Notes under the pieces: model-generated
Seen by the model: only the letters and a program-made list of their open reading frames with translations
What the model was told of the DNA's origin: nothing
Databases searched by the model: none
Position numbers and translations under genes: made by a program
Assembly (NCBI GenBank): GCA_051886995.1
Contig: JBJEYS010000173.1
Location: 1,508-65,507 of the forward strand
DNA length: 64,000 nt
From: Oscillospiraceae bacterium
Lineage (GTDB): Bacteria > Bacillota > Clostridia > Oscillospirales > Oscillospiraceae
Direction: 5' to 3'
In this document: one piece after another, positions 9,621 through 17,619 of the stretch
Position numbering within the stretch: position 1 is the first letter of the stretch
How the letters are laid out: every line of letters begins with the position of its first letter

Positions 9621-9636
9621 TCGCGCATACGACAAA
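9617..9636. promoter_or_regulatory. Operator-like palindrome 1: TTTGTCG-N6-CGACAAA
   Basis: Perfect 7-bp arms TTTGTCG cgcata CGACAAA, overlapping the -35 position of the predicted promoter. Confidence 0.55.
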
Positions 9637-9673
9637 TACGAACTAAAACGCTTTTTCCCTCCTTTTATTTTGA

Positions 9674-9693
9674 TTTGTCGTCCGCGCGACAAA
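9674..9693. promoter_or_regulatory. Operator-like palindrome 2: TTTGTCG-N6-CGACAAA
   Basis: Perfect 7-bp arms TTTGTCG tccgcg CGACAAA, 57 bp (centre to centre) upstream of palindrome 1. Confidence 0.55.
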
Positions 9694-9737
9694 ACAAAAT
9701 CAAGATTGCCCAAGACCTTTCATTGCGTACGAAAATA

Positions 9738-9801
9738 GTTATCCCAACTTAAATCGTCAAACAGTGTGAATAAGCAGTTCGGCGAAAAAAGTTGGGATAA
9801 C
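9738..9801. repeat. 13-bp perfect inverted repeat with a 38-nt spacer, downstream of lipoprotein gene A
   Basis: GTTATCCCAACTT (9738-9750) / AAGTTGGGATAAC (9789-9801) in an AT-rich stretch. On the minus strand a T-run follows each arm. Confidence 0.5.
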
Positions 9802-9878
9802 ATTCTTTCACTTCAATCCATAAAGACGAGCAATTAAAATGTGAAATGCAGAAAAGAATTCTGAGTTTGGACAGCAGA

Positions 9879-11135
9879 TTATCCCCGGGTGCCTTCACCC
9901 TGGGCGCCCACAAAACCAATGGGCTTCTCGCCGCCCTCGCCCAGAGCCTCGGACAGGGCGTAGATGGCCGCGTCGAACTCCTGGACCGCGGTGCTGTTCT
10001 TATTGCAGGCAGCCCTGGCCTCGGCGATGGCCGCGTCAAAGGCGTCCAGATCGGCCTGGGCGACCCACATGCTCCCCTTGGCCACGTCGGAGCCGTCCAC
10101 GCTGACGGCCACGCCGTCTTTCGCGGCTTCCGCGTGCTCAATCGCCAGAGTCAGAGCTTCCTTGGCGGCGGCCTTGTCGCCATAAGTAAAGCCGATGGGA
10201 TGGCCGGTGGGCGTGCACCAGGTCACGACGGACAGATCGGTCAGACCCAGGCGGACATAAGCGGTGTAGAACTGGGTGGGCCGGTTGCAGTTGATCAGAT
10301 TGTACCGGGACACGTTGGACTCGATGTGCACATACTCGCCGCTCTGGCCGGCGTTGATGACGAAGTTCTTATTTTCATCCTTGGTCAGAGTGCCCTCCAT
10401 GGGAACGGCCTTCTCGATGACCCAGCCCTCGGGGCCGTAGTAGTACACCGCGAAATCGCCGATCTGGATGTTCTGGTCAAACTTTGAGGAGTGGAACACG
10501 ATGTTTTCCACATCCGGCCGGACGCGGTTGGTCTCCAGCTCGAAGTTGCCGCGCTTGACGGTGGTGGACTCATTGTACACGATGATGTCCGCCACACGGA
10601 CCACGTCATAGGACTGGGAGTCGATCTTGTTCACCAGGCCGGTGGCGCTGTCGCCGTACAGGGTGGTCACATGGCCGCGCACGGTGGTGATGGTCTCATA
10701 GAAGCCCAGGCGGGCATCCTCGAAGGACAGGTTGTCGGCGCTGGTGGTCTTGTGGACGTTGAAGCCCCAGCCCGCGTCGGTCTTGTACAGGCTGGACACG
10801 CCGTTGACCTGGTAGTCCCTGGTCTCGTCCTCGGCGGCAGGCACCTTGATGCCGTTCACATAGACTTTGCCTTCGGCCAGCAGAGCCTTTACACCCTCCA
10901 GGGCGTTGCCGTCGAAGTACTCGTTGTAGGCTTCGCCGGTGATCTTGGTGGCGTCGCCGTCGTGGACGATCTCCAGCAGAACGTCCTCCGCTGCGGGATC
11001 GCCCTTGGCGGTATTGGTCCCGACGTCGGACACGGTGTCCGGAGAGGGGGCGGTCTGGCCGCTGTCCTTCTCGCCGCAGGCGGCAAGAGCGAATACCATG
11101 GTAAGCGCGAGCATGAGCGCGAGGATCTTTTTCAT
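9879..11135 (-). CDS. Secreted lipoprotein, unknown family (paralog A)
   Basis: 418 aa. Signal peptide with lipobox MKKILALMLALTMVFALAAC. Shares long identical peptide blocks with the next gene. The C-terminal helical segment is FIVAR-like (DLDAFDAAIAEARAA). Confidence 0.85.
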   Translation of the reverse strand: MKKILALMLALTMVFALAACGEKDSGQTAPSPDTVSDVGTNTAKGDPAAEDVLLEIVHDGDATKITGEAYNEYFDGNALEGVKALLAEGKVYVNGIKVPAAEDETRDYQVNGVSSLYKTDAGWGFNVHKTTSADNLSFEDARLGFYETITTVRGHVTTLYGDSATGLVNKIDSQSYDVVRVADIIVYNESTTVKRGNFELETNRVRPDVENIVFHSSKFDQNIQIGDFAVYYYGPEGWVIEKAVPMEGTLTKDENKNFVINAGQSGEYVHIESNVSRYNLINCNRPTQFYTAYVRLGLTDLSVVTWCTPTGHPIGFTYGDKAAAKEALTLAIEHAEAAKDGVAVSVDGSDVAKGSMWVAQADLDAFDAAIAEARAACNKNSTAVQEFDAAIYALSEALGEGGEKPIGFVGAQGEGTRG

Positions 11136-11163
11136 AGTGACATTCCTTTCATACTGCTCTCAG

Positions 11164-11200
11164 GAAAAGCACGGCCCGCCAGAAACGGGCCGTGCTTTTC
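11164..11200 (-). terminator. Intrinsic terminator after paralog B
   Basis: GAAAAGCACGGCCCG-n7-CGGGCCGTGCTTTTC, a 15-bp stem with a T-run after the stem on the minus strand. Confidence 0.6.
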
Positions 11201-11237
11201 CCGATTTACTTCACGTTTTTCAGATGTCCCGCGGGGA

Positions 11238-12512
11238 TCAGCCCTGGGTTCCTTCACCCTGAGCGCCGACAAAGCCGGTGGGCTTCTCGCCGCCCTCGCC
11301 CAGAGCCTGGGACAGTTTGTACATGGCCATGTCGTACTCGTACAGGGCGGTGCTGTTCTTGTTGCAGACCGCGGTCGCCTCCGCGATGGCGGCATCATAG
11401 GCGTCCATATCTTCTTGGGTGACCCACATGGTGCCCTTGGCAACGTCGGAGCCGTCCACGCTGACCGCTACACCTTCCTTGGCGGCCTCGGCGTTCTCGA
11501 TGGCCAGGCTCAGAGTGGCCTTGGACTGTTCCTTATCGCCCAGGCTGAAGCCGATGGGGTAGCCGTTGGGGGTGCACCAGGTCACGACCTCCTGCTCAGT
11601 CAGGCCCAGGCGGATATAAGCGTTGTAGAACTGGGTGGGCCGGTTGCAGTCGATCAGGTTGTAGCGGGAGACGTTGGACTCGATGTGGACGTACTCGTCG
11701 CTCTTCCCCTTGTTGACGACAAAGTTCTTGTTCTCATCCTTGTACAGGGTGCCGACCACGGGAACAGCCTTCATCATGACCCAGCCGTCGGGGCCGTAGT
11801 AGTAAACGACCACGTCGCCGATCTTGATGTCGCTATCAAAGTTCTCGGACTTCACAGCGGTGATGGTCTCCACGTCGGGGCGGACGCGGTTGGTCTCCAG
11901 CTCGAACTCGCCGCGCTCGATCTTATCGACCTGGCCGCCGTGATCCTCAAAGTAAGCGATGCGGAACACGTCGAAGGACTGGGAGTCGATCTTGTTCACC
12001 AGGCCGGTCTTGCTGTCGCCATAAAGGGTGGTCACATGGCCGCGCACGGTGGTGATGGTCTCAAAGAAGCCCAGGCGGGCTTCCTCAAAGGACAGGTTGT
12101 CGGCGCTGGTGGTCTTATGGACATTGAAGCCCCAGCCGCTGCTGGTCTTGTACAGGCTGGACACGCCGTTGACTTGGTAATCCGCGGTCTCGTCCTCGGC
12201 GGCGGGCACCTTGATGCCGTTCACGTAGACTTTTCCCTCGGCCAGCAGAGCTTTCACGCCCTCCAGGGCGTCGCCGCCGAAGTACTGGTTGTAGGCTTCA
12301 CCGGTGATCTTGGTGGCTTCGCCGTCATGTTCGATCTCCAGCAGCACATCTTCCGCCGTGGGATCTCCCTTCGCGGTGTCGGTCCCGGTATCGGTTCCGG
12401 CGTCGGACACGGTGTCCGGGGAGGGATCGACCTGGCCATTGTCTTTCTCGCCGCAGGCGACAAGAGCGAATGCCATGATCAGTGCAAGAGCGAGTGCAAG
12501 GATCTTTTTCAT
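11238..12512 (-). CDS. Secreted lipoprotein, unknown family (paralog B)
   Basis: Track ORF 11238..12629; start moved to ATG 12512 (MKKILALALALIMAFALVAC lipobox) behind GAAGGGAAG. Blocks shared with paralog A include GVKALLAEGKVYVNGIKVPAAEDET, GWGFNVHKTTSADNLSFE, TITTVRGHVTTLYGDS and EYVHIESNVSRYNLI. Confidence 0.85.
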   Translation of the reverse strand: MKKILALALALIMAFALVACGEKDNGQVDPSPDTVSDAGTDTGTDTAKGDPTAEDVLLEIEHDGEATKITGEAYNQYFGGDALEGVKALLAEGKVYVNGIKVPAAEDETADYQVNGVSSLYKTSSGWGFNVHKTTSADNLSFEEARLGFFETITTVRGHVTTLYGDSKTGLVNKIDSQSFDVFRIAYFEDHGGQVDKIERGEFELETNRVRPDVETITAVKSENFDSDIKIGDVVVYYYGPDGWVMMKAVPVVGTLYKDENKNFVVNKGKSDEYVHIESNVSRYNLIDCNRPTQFYNAYIRLGLTEQEVVTWCTPNGYPIGFSLGDKEQSKATLSLAIENAEAAKEGVAVSVDGSDVAKGTMWVTQEDMDAYDAAIAEATAVCNKNSTALYEYDMAMYKLSQALGEGGEKPTGFVGAQGEGTQG

Positions 12513-12696
12513 TGTGATCTTCCCTTCTAAAATTTCGACAGTCAGACCTTGGCAAATCGCCAAAGTCATTCTGAATGCCGTCCCGCAAAATAGATAGCCA
12601 CACAATGCCATGCCATGGAAAAGTGGCAAAGAAAAAAATCAAGCAATAAATATGGTGCTTCCTTTGGGCGGAAGGTGTACTCCAGTTTCCTTCCGG

Positions 12697-12735
12697 CAGA
12701 GGCGTGGCCCGCCTTTTGGCGGGCCACGCCTCTGC
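12697..12735. terminator. 17-bp stem-loop downstream of the LysM protein gene
   Basis: CAGAGGCGTGGCCCGCC-ttttg-GGCGGGCCACGCCTCTG; no clear U-tract on the minus strand. Confidence 0.4.
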
Positions 12736-12778
12736 TTTCACCGTTCTGTTACGGTCCACATTTCATGCAGTTTGGGAA

Positions 12779-14254
12779 TCACTTGGCAGGAATAGTCAGA
12801 ACCTGACCGATATAGATGGTGTAGGGAGCCTTGATGCCGTTGGCCTCGGCGATTCTGCCGAACTGGGTGCCGGAACCGTAGACCCGGGCCGCGATCTTCC
12901 ACAGGCAGTCACCGGCGACAACGGTGTATGTCTCAGCGGGAGCGGGTTCAGGCTCGGGCTCAGGAGCGGGCTCGGGATCGGGCTCTTTTTCCGCGAACAG
13001 GGCGTCAAAGCCGGGATAGGCGTTCATGCGCTCCCAGCCGAACTCGGCATTGGTGAAGAAGCCGGAGAACGCGGCGCCGATGTCCTTGCCGGTGCCGGCC
13101 TGGGCCAGGTACAGGTAGTAGACATAGAAGTCAAGTTCGCTGTTGTAGCTGTCCTCGTCCGCCAGAGTTTCCTCGGCCAGCTTGATGGCCTCCTCCAGGG
13201 CGGCGTAGGCGAACTTCTGCTCGGCGGTGGCCGCGTCAGTCAGGGTGACGGAAGCCAACTTGGCCTTGGACTGGGCAATGGCGTCGGCCAGGAAGACCTT
13301 GGCGTTCTCATTGGAGGTAATACCGATGGGGGACATGGAGTAGGGGTCCATCCACATGCTGACCTTGATGCCCTTTTCATTGTTCTTGAAGCCGAAGTAG
13401 GTGTGTGCGTTGGCAAACTCGCCATTGCGCTGGGCAACGATCAGGTTATCGCGGGAGTACTTCATGGTGTCGGTGTACTTGACGTCGTCGATCTGATAGA
13501 AATCATGGTCAACACCGTCCACCAGGATACCATTGGCCTCGACCGCCTTCTTCACGATCCAGCCGTCGGGAGTCAGATAGAAGACAGCGCCGTCGCCCTC
13601 TTTGAGGGAGGTATCAAAATTTTCGGGCTTGATGACCTCACCCAGAATGCCGCCGAAGTTTTCGGCGTCATACAGGCGGCCGGCGTGGGTGGGAACCCGC
13701 TCCAGATCGCCGCGGTACAGGATGTAGTTGCCATCGGCGTCCCGGGAGATGCCGTTGACGATCAGGCCCTCGGTGTACCACAGCTTGACGATGTCGGCCT
13801 TTTCGTCGCCGTTGGTGTCATACAGGTCGATGTGCAGGCCGCCGGGCAGCTCGTCATTGACCAGCGCCTTGATGGCGTCAGCGTACTCGGTGAATTCCTT
13901 CTTGCCGTCCACCAGGAACTTGCCGTCCTTGGCCGTCAAAGCGGTGGCGCCGCTGTTGACGACAAAGCCTGCCTCGCCCAGCGCCGCCAGTTCTTCGGCG
14001 TTCGCAGGGACCTGGAAATCGTTGATGTAGAAATTACCCGCCTCGACAACGCCGAACACGCCCTTCTCGTCGAAGTACTGGGGATAGTCGTAGATGCCGA
14101 CCGCGTTGCCCATGCCGCCGCCGCCCACACGCTGGGTGTCGATCTCAGCCATGGGGGCGGTATCCTCAGCCGTGGTGTCAGCTGCCACCGCAACGGGGAC
14201 TGCGGCGATCGTCAGGAGCAGTGCCAGTGTCAGGGAAAACAGTCTCTTTTTCAT
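12779..14254 (-). CDS. Secreted protein with a C-terminal LysM domain; distant paralog of the two lipoproteins
   Basis: Track ORF 12779..14317; start moved to ATG 14254 (MKKRLFSLTLALLLTIAAVPVAVA signal peptide) 9 nt after GGAG. PEPEPAPEPEPEP linker, then TYTVVAGDCLWKIAARVYG...IYIGQVLTIP, which is LysM. The core block FYLTPDGWIVKKAV resembles YYYGPEGWVIEKAV of paralog A. Confidence 0.8.
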   Translation of the reverse strand: MKKRLFSLTLALLLTIAAVPVAVAADTTAEDTAPMAEIDTQRVGGGGMGNAVGIYDYPQYFDEKGVFGVVEAGNFYINDFQVPANAEELAALGEAGFVVNSGATALTAKDGKFLVDGKKEFTEYADAIKALVNDELPGGLHIDLYDTNGDEKADIVKLWYTEGLIVNGISRDADGNYILYRGDLERVPTHAGRLYDAENFGGILGEVIKPENFDTSLKEGDGAVFYLTPDGWIVKKAVEANGILVDGVDHDFYQIDDVKYTDTMKYSRDNLIVAQRNGEFANAHTYFGFKNNEKGIKVSMWMDPYSMSPIGITSNENAKVFLADAIAQSKAKLASVTLTDAATAEQKFAYAALEEAIKLAEETLADEDSYNSELDFYVYYLYLAQAGTGKDIGAAFSGFFTNAEFGWERMNAYPGFDALFAEKEPDPEPAPEPEPEPAPAETYTVVAGDCLWKIAARVYGSGTQFGRIAEANGIKAPYTIYIGQVLTIPAK

Positions 14255-14427
14255 TTGAGCCATCTCCTTTTCGTAATATTCGTCAAAATTGCCGCATGAT
14301 TTTGCAGTCAGCAGCACGAATATGACAAGATGATGATAGCAGGATTAGAAATCCGATTAAACGCATTTCTGTGGCAAAGTTGTGTTATTTTTGTGTAAGA
14401 CTTACCAATCGTGAAAGCTCCTGTCCC

Positions 14428-14456
14428 TTGTTTTTTTACACATTTACTGATATAAT
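14428..14456 (+). promoter_or_regulatory. Candidate sigma-A promoter of the two-component operon
   Basis: TTGTTT (14428-14433), 17-nt spacer, TATAAT (14451-14456), 32 nt upstream of the response-regulator ATG. Confidence 0.5.
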
Positions 14457-14487
14457 GGCACAAAAATTATTTACAAGGAGTTTTGTT

Positions 14488-15183
14488 ATGCCGAAAGCAC
14501 GCGTCTTGATCTGCGACGACAATCCAGCGCTCCAGAAGAGCCTGTCCGGCTATTTCGAGGCGGAAAACATGGAGGTCGTCTGCGCCGGCACCGGTGAGGA
14601 GGCCCTGGAGCGTCTGCGGGAAGGCCGGATTGACCTTCTCATTCTGGACATCATGCTGCCCGGCATGAGCGGAACGGACGTCTGTCTGGAGATTCGCAAG
14701 ACCAGCCGCATCCCGATCCTGATGCTCTCCGCCAAGGGAGAGGAGATCGACCGGATCGTGGGCCTGGAAGTGGGCGCCGATGACTATGTAACCAAGCCCT
14801 TTTCCCCGCGGGAGGTAGTCATCCGCTCCCGTAAGCTTCTGAAGCGGTATGCCTCTTCCCCGGAAAGTGAGAAGAAGTACACCCTGGCGGAACTGACGGT
14901 CCTTCCGGATTCCTATGAGGTCTACATTGGAAAGCAGCGGGTCAATCTGGCGGTCAAGGAGTTCGAGGTCTTGCGCCACCTGGTCTCCCACGCGGGCAAG
15001 CCCATGACCCGGGAGTATATCATTAACGTGGTGTGGGGCTACGAATTCGTGGGCGATCCCCGGATCGTGGACAACCTGATCAAGCGCCTGCGGCACAAGC
15101 TGGCCGCCGCGACGGATGCTGAGGTTCATTTCGCCATCACGACCATTTTCGGCGTGGGTTATAAGGCAGAGGAGATCCCATGA
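14488..15183 (+). CDS. OmpR/PhoB-family response regulator
   Basis: Start at ATG 14488 behind AAGGAG (the track ORF begins at 14371). Receiver motifs ARVLICDDN...DLLILDIMLPGMSG. The C-terminal winged helix ends ...IFGVGYK. Confidence 0.9.
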   Translation: MPKARVLICDDNPALQKSLSGYFEAENMEVVCAGTGEEALERLREGRIDLLILDIMLPGMSGTDVCLEIRKTSRIPILMLSAKGEEIDRIVGLEVGADDYVTKPFSPREVVIRSRKLLKRYASSPESEKKYTLAELTVLPDSYEVYIGKQRVNLAVKEFEVLRHLVSHAGKPMTREYIINVVWGYEFVGDPRIVDNLIKRLRHKLAAATDAEVHFAITTIFGVGYKAEEIP

Positions 15184-16442
15184 GAAAAAAACCGATGAAG
15201 ACCGGTACGATCTCACTGATCCTGGCCGGCATCTACGTTCTGGGCCTGGCTTTCGGCGTCTGGCTTATCAGCTTTCTGCCCAGCACCGCGAAGCGGGTGG
15301 GGTTGGTGTATATGGTCCACGGCCTGGCGGAGCAGTACGCCGAGAGCGGGCAGATCGATGTCTCTCCCATGTCCGGCGCGGCCGCCATGGTCTACTCCGC
15401 AGACGGGCAGCTTCTGTATTCTGATCAGCACACCCACCGCATTGACCACGATTTCGCGCAGCAGGGCCGAAAGTACCTGCCCGCGATCCTGGAGGGCAAA
15501 GAGACCATCCGGCTGGTTCTGCTCGCCAAAGACAACTCCACCCTGGGGTACACATCCCTGGTGTATGTGGGCGTGCCCATCACCGCGGACGGAGCGGTCA
15601 CCGGCGCGCTGATCTGGGTCCGGGAGCTGCGGGATCTGTTGGAGAGCATTCTGGGCTATTTCTGCGCCTTTACCTTCGTGTTCGCCGTGGTCGCCGTCTT
15701 TATGCTGCTGAACCTGCGCAGGCAGCGGCAGTACGATCAGATGCGCCGCAACTACATTGACAACATTACCCACGAGCTGAAGACCCCTGTGGCCTCCATC
15801 AAGGCTCTGACGGAGGCCCTGTTCGACGGCATGGAGAAAAGCCCCGGCGACCGGAACGTGTACTACAACATGATCCTGTGTGAGGCAAACCGCCAGGAGA
15901 GGATGATCTGCGATGTGCTGGAGCTTTCCAAGCTGCAGAACTGTCATGTGGAGATCACCCGGCAGATCGTGGCCGCGTCCGAGGTCTTTGACCCGGTCTG
16001 TGAAAAGTACGCCACTCTCTGCGACCTGATAGGCGTCACCTTCACCGTGTCCGAGGAGATCAAAGCCCTGCCGGAGCTGGTCACCGACCCCCAATACCTC
16101 CAGGTGGTCCTGAACGCGCTTCTGAGCAACGCTTTGAAGTTCGTGCAGGAAGGCGGTGCCATCCGGATCACTGCCCAAGCGGGGCGCAGACGGGCCACCT
16201 TCTGCGTGGCGGACAACGGAAAGGGCATCGCCAAGGATGAGCTGCCCCATGTCTTCGAGCGCTTTTACAAGGGCAGCCGAAACGACAACGAGACCGGCAG
16301 CGGGCTTGGCCTTGCCATCGCGAAAGAGATCATGGACACCATGAAGGAAAAGCTCTGGATTCGCAGCAAGAAGGGCGTGGGCACGGCGGCTTATTTTACC
16401 GCGGCGCTGAAGCGCCCCTTCTTTCCCCCGGCGGAGCATTGA
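15180..16442 (+). CDS. Sensor histidine kinase (two TM segments, HisKA + HATPase_c)
   Basis: ATGA overlap with the response-regulator gene. H-box ITHELKTPVASI; N, G1 and G2 boxes (LLSNALKF, DNGKGI, GSGLGLAI). Confidence 0.9.
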   Translation: MRKKPMKTGTISLILAGIYVLGLAFGVWLISFLPSTAKRVGLVYMVHGLAEQYAESGQIDVSPMSGAAAMVYSADGQLLYSDQHTHRIDHDFAQQGRKYLPAILEGKETIRLVLLAKDNSTLGYTSLVYVGVPITADGAVTGALIWVRELRDLLESILGYFCAFTFVFAVVAVFMLLNLRRQRQYDQMRRNYIDNITHELKTPVASIKALTEALFDGMEKSPGDRNVYYNMILCEANRQERMICDVLELSKLQNCHVEITRQIVAASEVFDPVCEKYATLCDLIGVTFTVSEEIKALPELVTDPQYLQVVLNALLSNALKFVQEGGAIRITAQAGRRRATFCVADNGKGIAKDELPHVFERFYKGSRNDNETGSGLGLAIAKEIMDTMKEKLWIRSKKGVGTAAYFTAALKRPFFPPAEH

Positions 16443-16494
16443 GCGGTCTTTCGCATTTTTCGCCCCCGTTACTGCCCGCTTTCCCGCCAGAGGA

Positions 16495-17367
16495 TCAACG
16501 CGGCTGATGCTGCTTCCGAACGAATTCAATCAGCTTTTTCGCGCCGTCCGACAATTTGCTGTCCTTTTTCCAGTATAAGTACACCGGACAGCGGACCGGC
16601 GGATCCAAACTGATCAGGGCCAGGTTGTCAATGTGCGCGTCCTCGATCGCCCTGCGGAACAGCAGGGAGATCCCGAAGCCCTGGGCCACCATCTGCGCAG
16701 CCTGGCTTCCGTACCGCGCCTTCACCGCGGCCTTGGGCTGGAAGAAATCATAGACCCTGGCGATCCAGAAAGACGGAGTGATGAAATCGCTGACCGCGGA
16801 AAAGAGCATCACGAAATCCTCGTCACGTAGCTCGTCGAGGCGGACTGACGTCCGGCGTGCCAGACGGTGGGACGAATTTACGACCGCGACCACTTCATCC
16901 TCGCGATAGACGATGGATTCACAGGAGTCGTCGGGGGGGACCGGACTGCACAGGACAGCCAGCTCGCAGTCCTGCATATCAAAGCCCCGCTCCAGAGATT
17001 CGTTGATCACGGCCAGGATCTTATATTTGCGGTTTTCCTCAAAGAAACTGCAGGCCAGGTCGTTGATGTAGTAATTGGAAAAGACCCGCAGGGTATCGGA
17101 GCGCCCCGCCACCTCCGCCTCCAGCTTTTTGTCGTACTCGTCCGTCTCGGTCAGAATACGCCGGGCGTGCGGGATCAGCATCTCTCCGAAGCGGCTGAGC
17201 ACGATCTTCTTGCCCTTCCGCTCAAAAAGAAGAACGCCGAGCTCGGCCTCCAGGGTCTTGATGTGTCTGTAAAGGGTGGGCTGAGAAACAGATAGGGCAT
17301 TTGCCGCGGCGGTGTAATTGCAAAGCTCGCTCATGACCAGAAACTCGTTCAGATATGCCGTTTCCAT
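16495..17367 (-). CDS. LysR-family transcriptional regulator
   Basis: N-terminal helix-turn-helix NYTAAANALSVSQPTLYRHIKTLEAELGVLLFER; 290 aa. Confidence 0.9.
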   Translation of the reverse strand: METAYLNEFLVMSELCNYTAAANALSVSQPTLYRHIKTLEAELGVLLFERKGKKIVLSRFGEMLIPHARRILTETDEYDKKLEAEVAGRSDTLRVFSNYYINDLACSFFEENRKYKILAVINESLERGFDMQDCELAVLCSPVPPDDSCESIVYREDEVVAVVNSSHRLARRTSVRLDELRDEDFVMLFSAVSDFITPSFWIARVYDFFQPKAAVKARYGSQAAQMVAQGFGISLLFRRAIEDAHIDNLALISLDPPVRCPVYLYWKKDSKLSDGAKKLIEFVRKQHQPR

Positions 17368-17619
17368 GGTTTACCTCCTGGTTCATCGCCCGCCGCAGAG
17401 CGGCGGGCCCGGACTGCATTTTGCACCTATATTATACAAAATGTGAATAGCTGAATCAACCAAAAACGGTCCGAAGGGCCGATTTTGGAAAAAATTCCAT
17501 GTGGACTGGGTCATTTTTGTGCAATTTTTGAAAACCTGTTCCCTTGTGCTTCCCTTTCTTTTCCAGTATACTAATGTCTGCTGAACAGATGTCAGCCCGC
17601 ATTTGAAGGAGGGAAAGCC

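Noticed and set aside
7515-9752. 745-aa plus-strand ORF (similar cases: 3113-4321, 4538-5677, 5989-7476)
   Set aside because: These lie antisense to the hydantoinase, NicX-like and MFS genes, which carry clear family motifs and RBSs. The translations are low-complexity G/A/V/D/L-rich.
10491-12530. 679-aa plus-strand ORF spanning both lipoprotein genes (also 12704-14299)
   Set aside because: It crosses an intergenic terminator and is antisense to two genes with signal peptides and RBSs. It is a GC-driven open frame.
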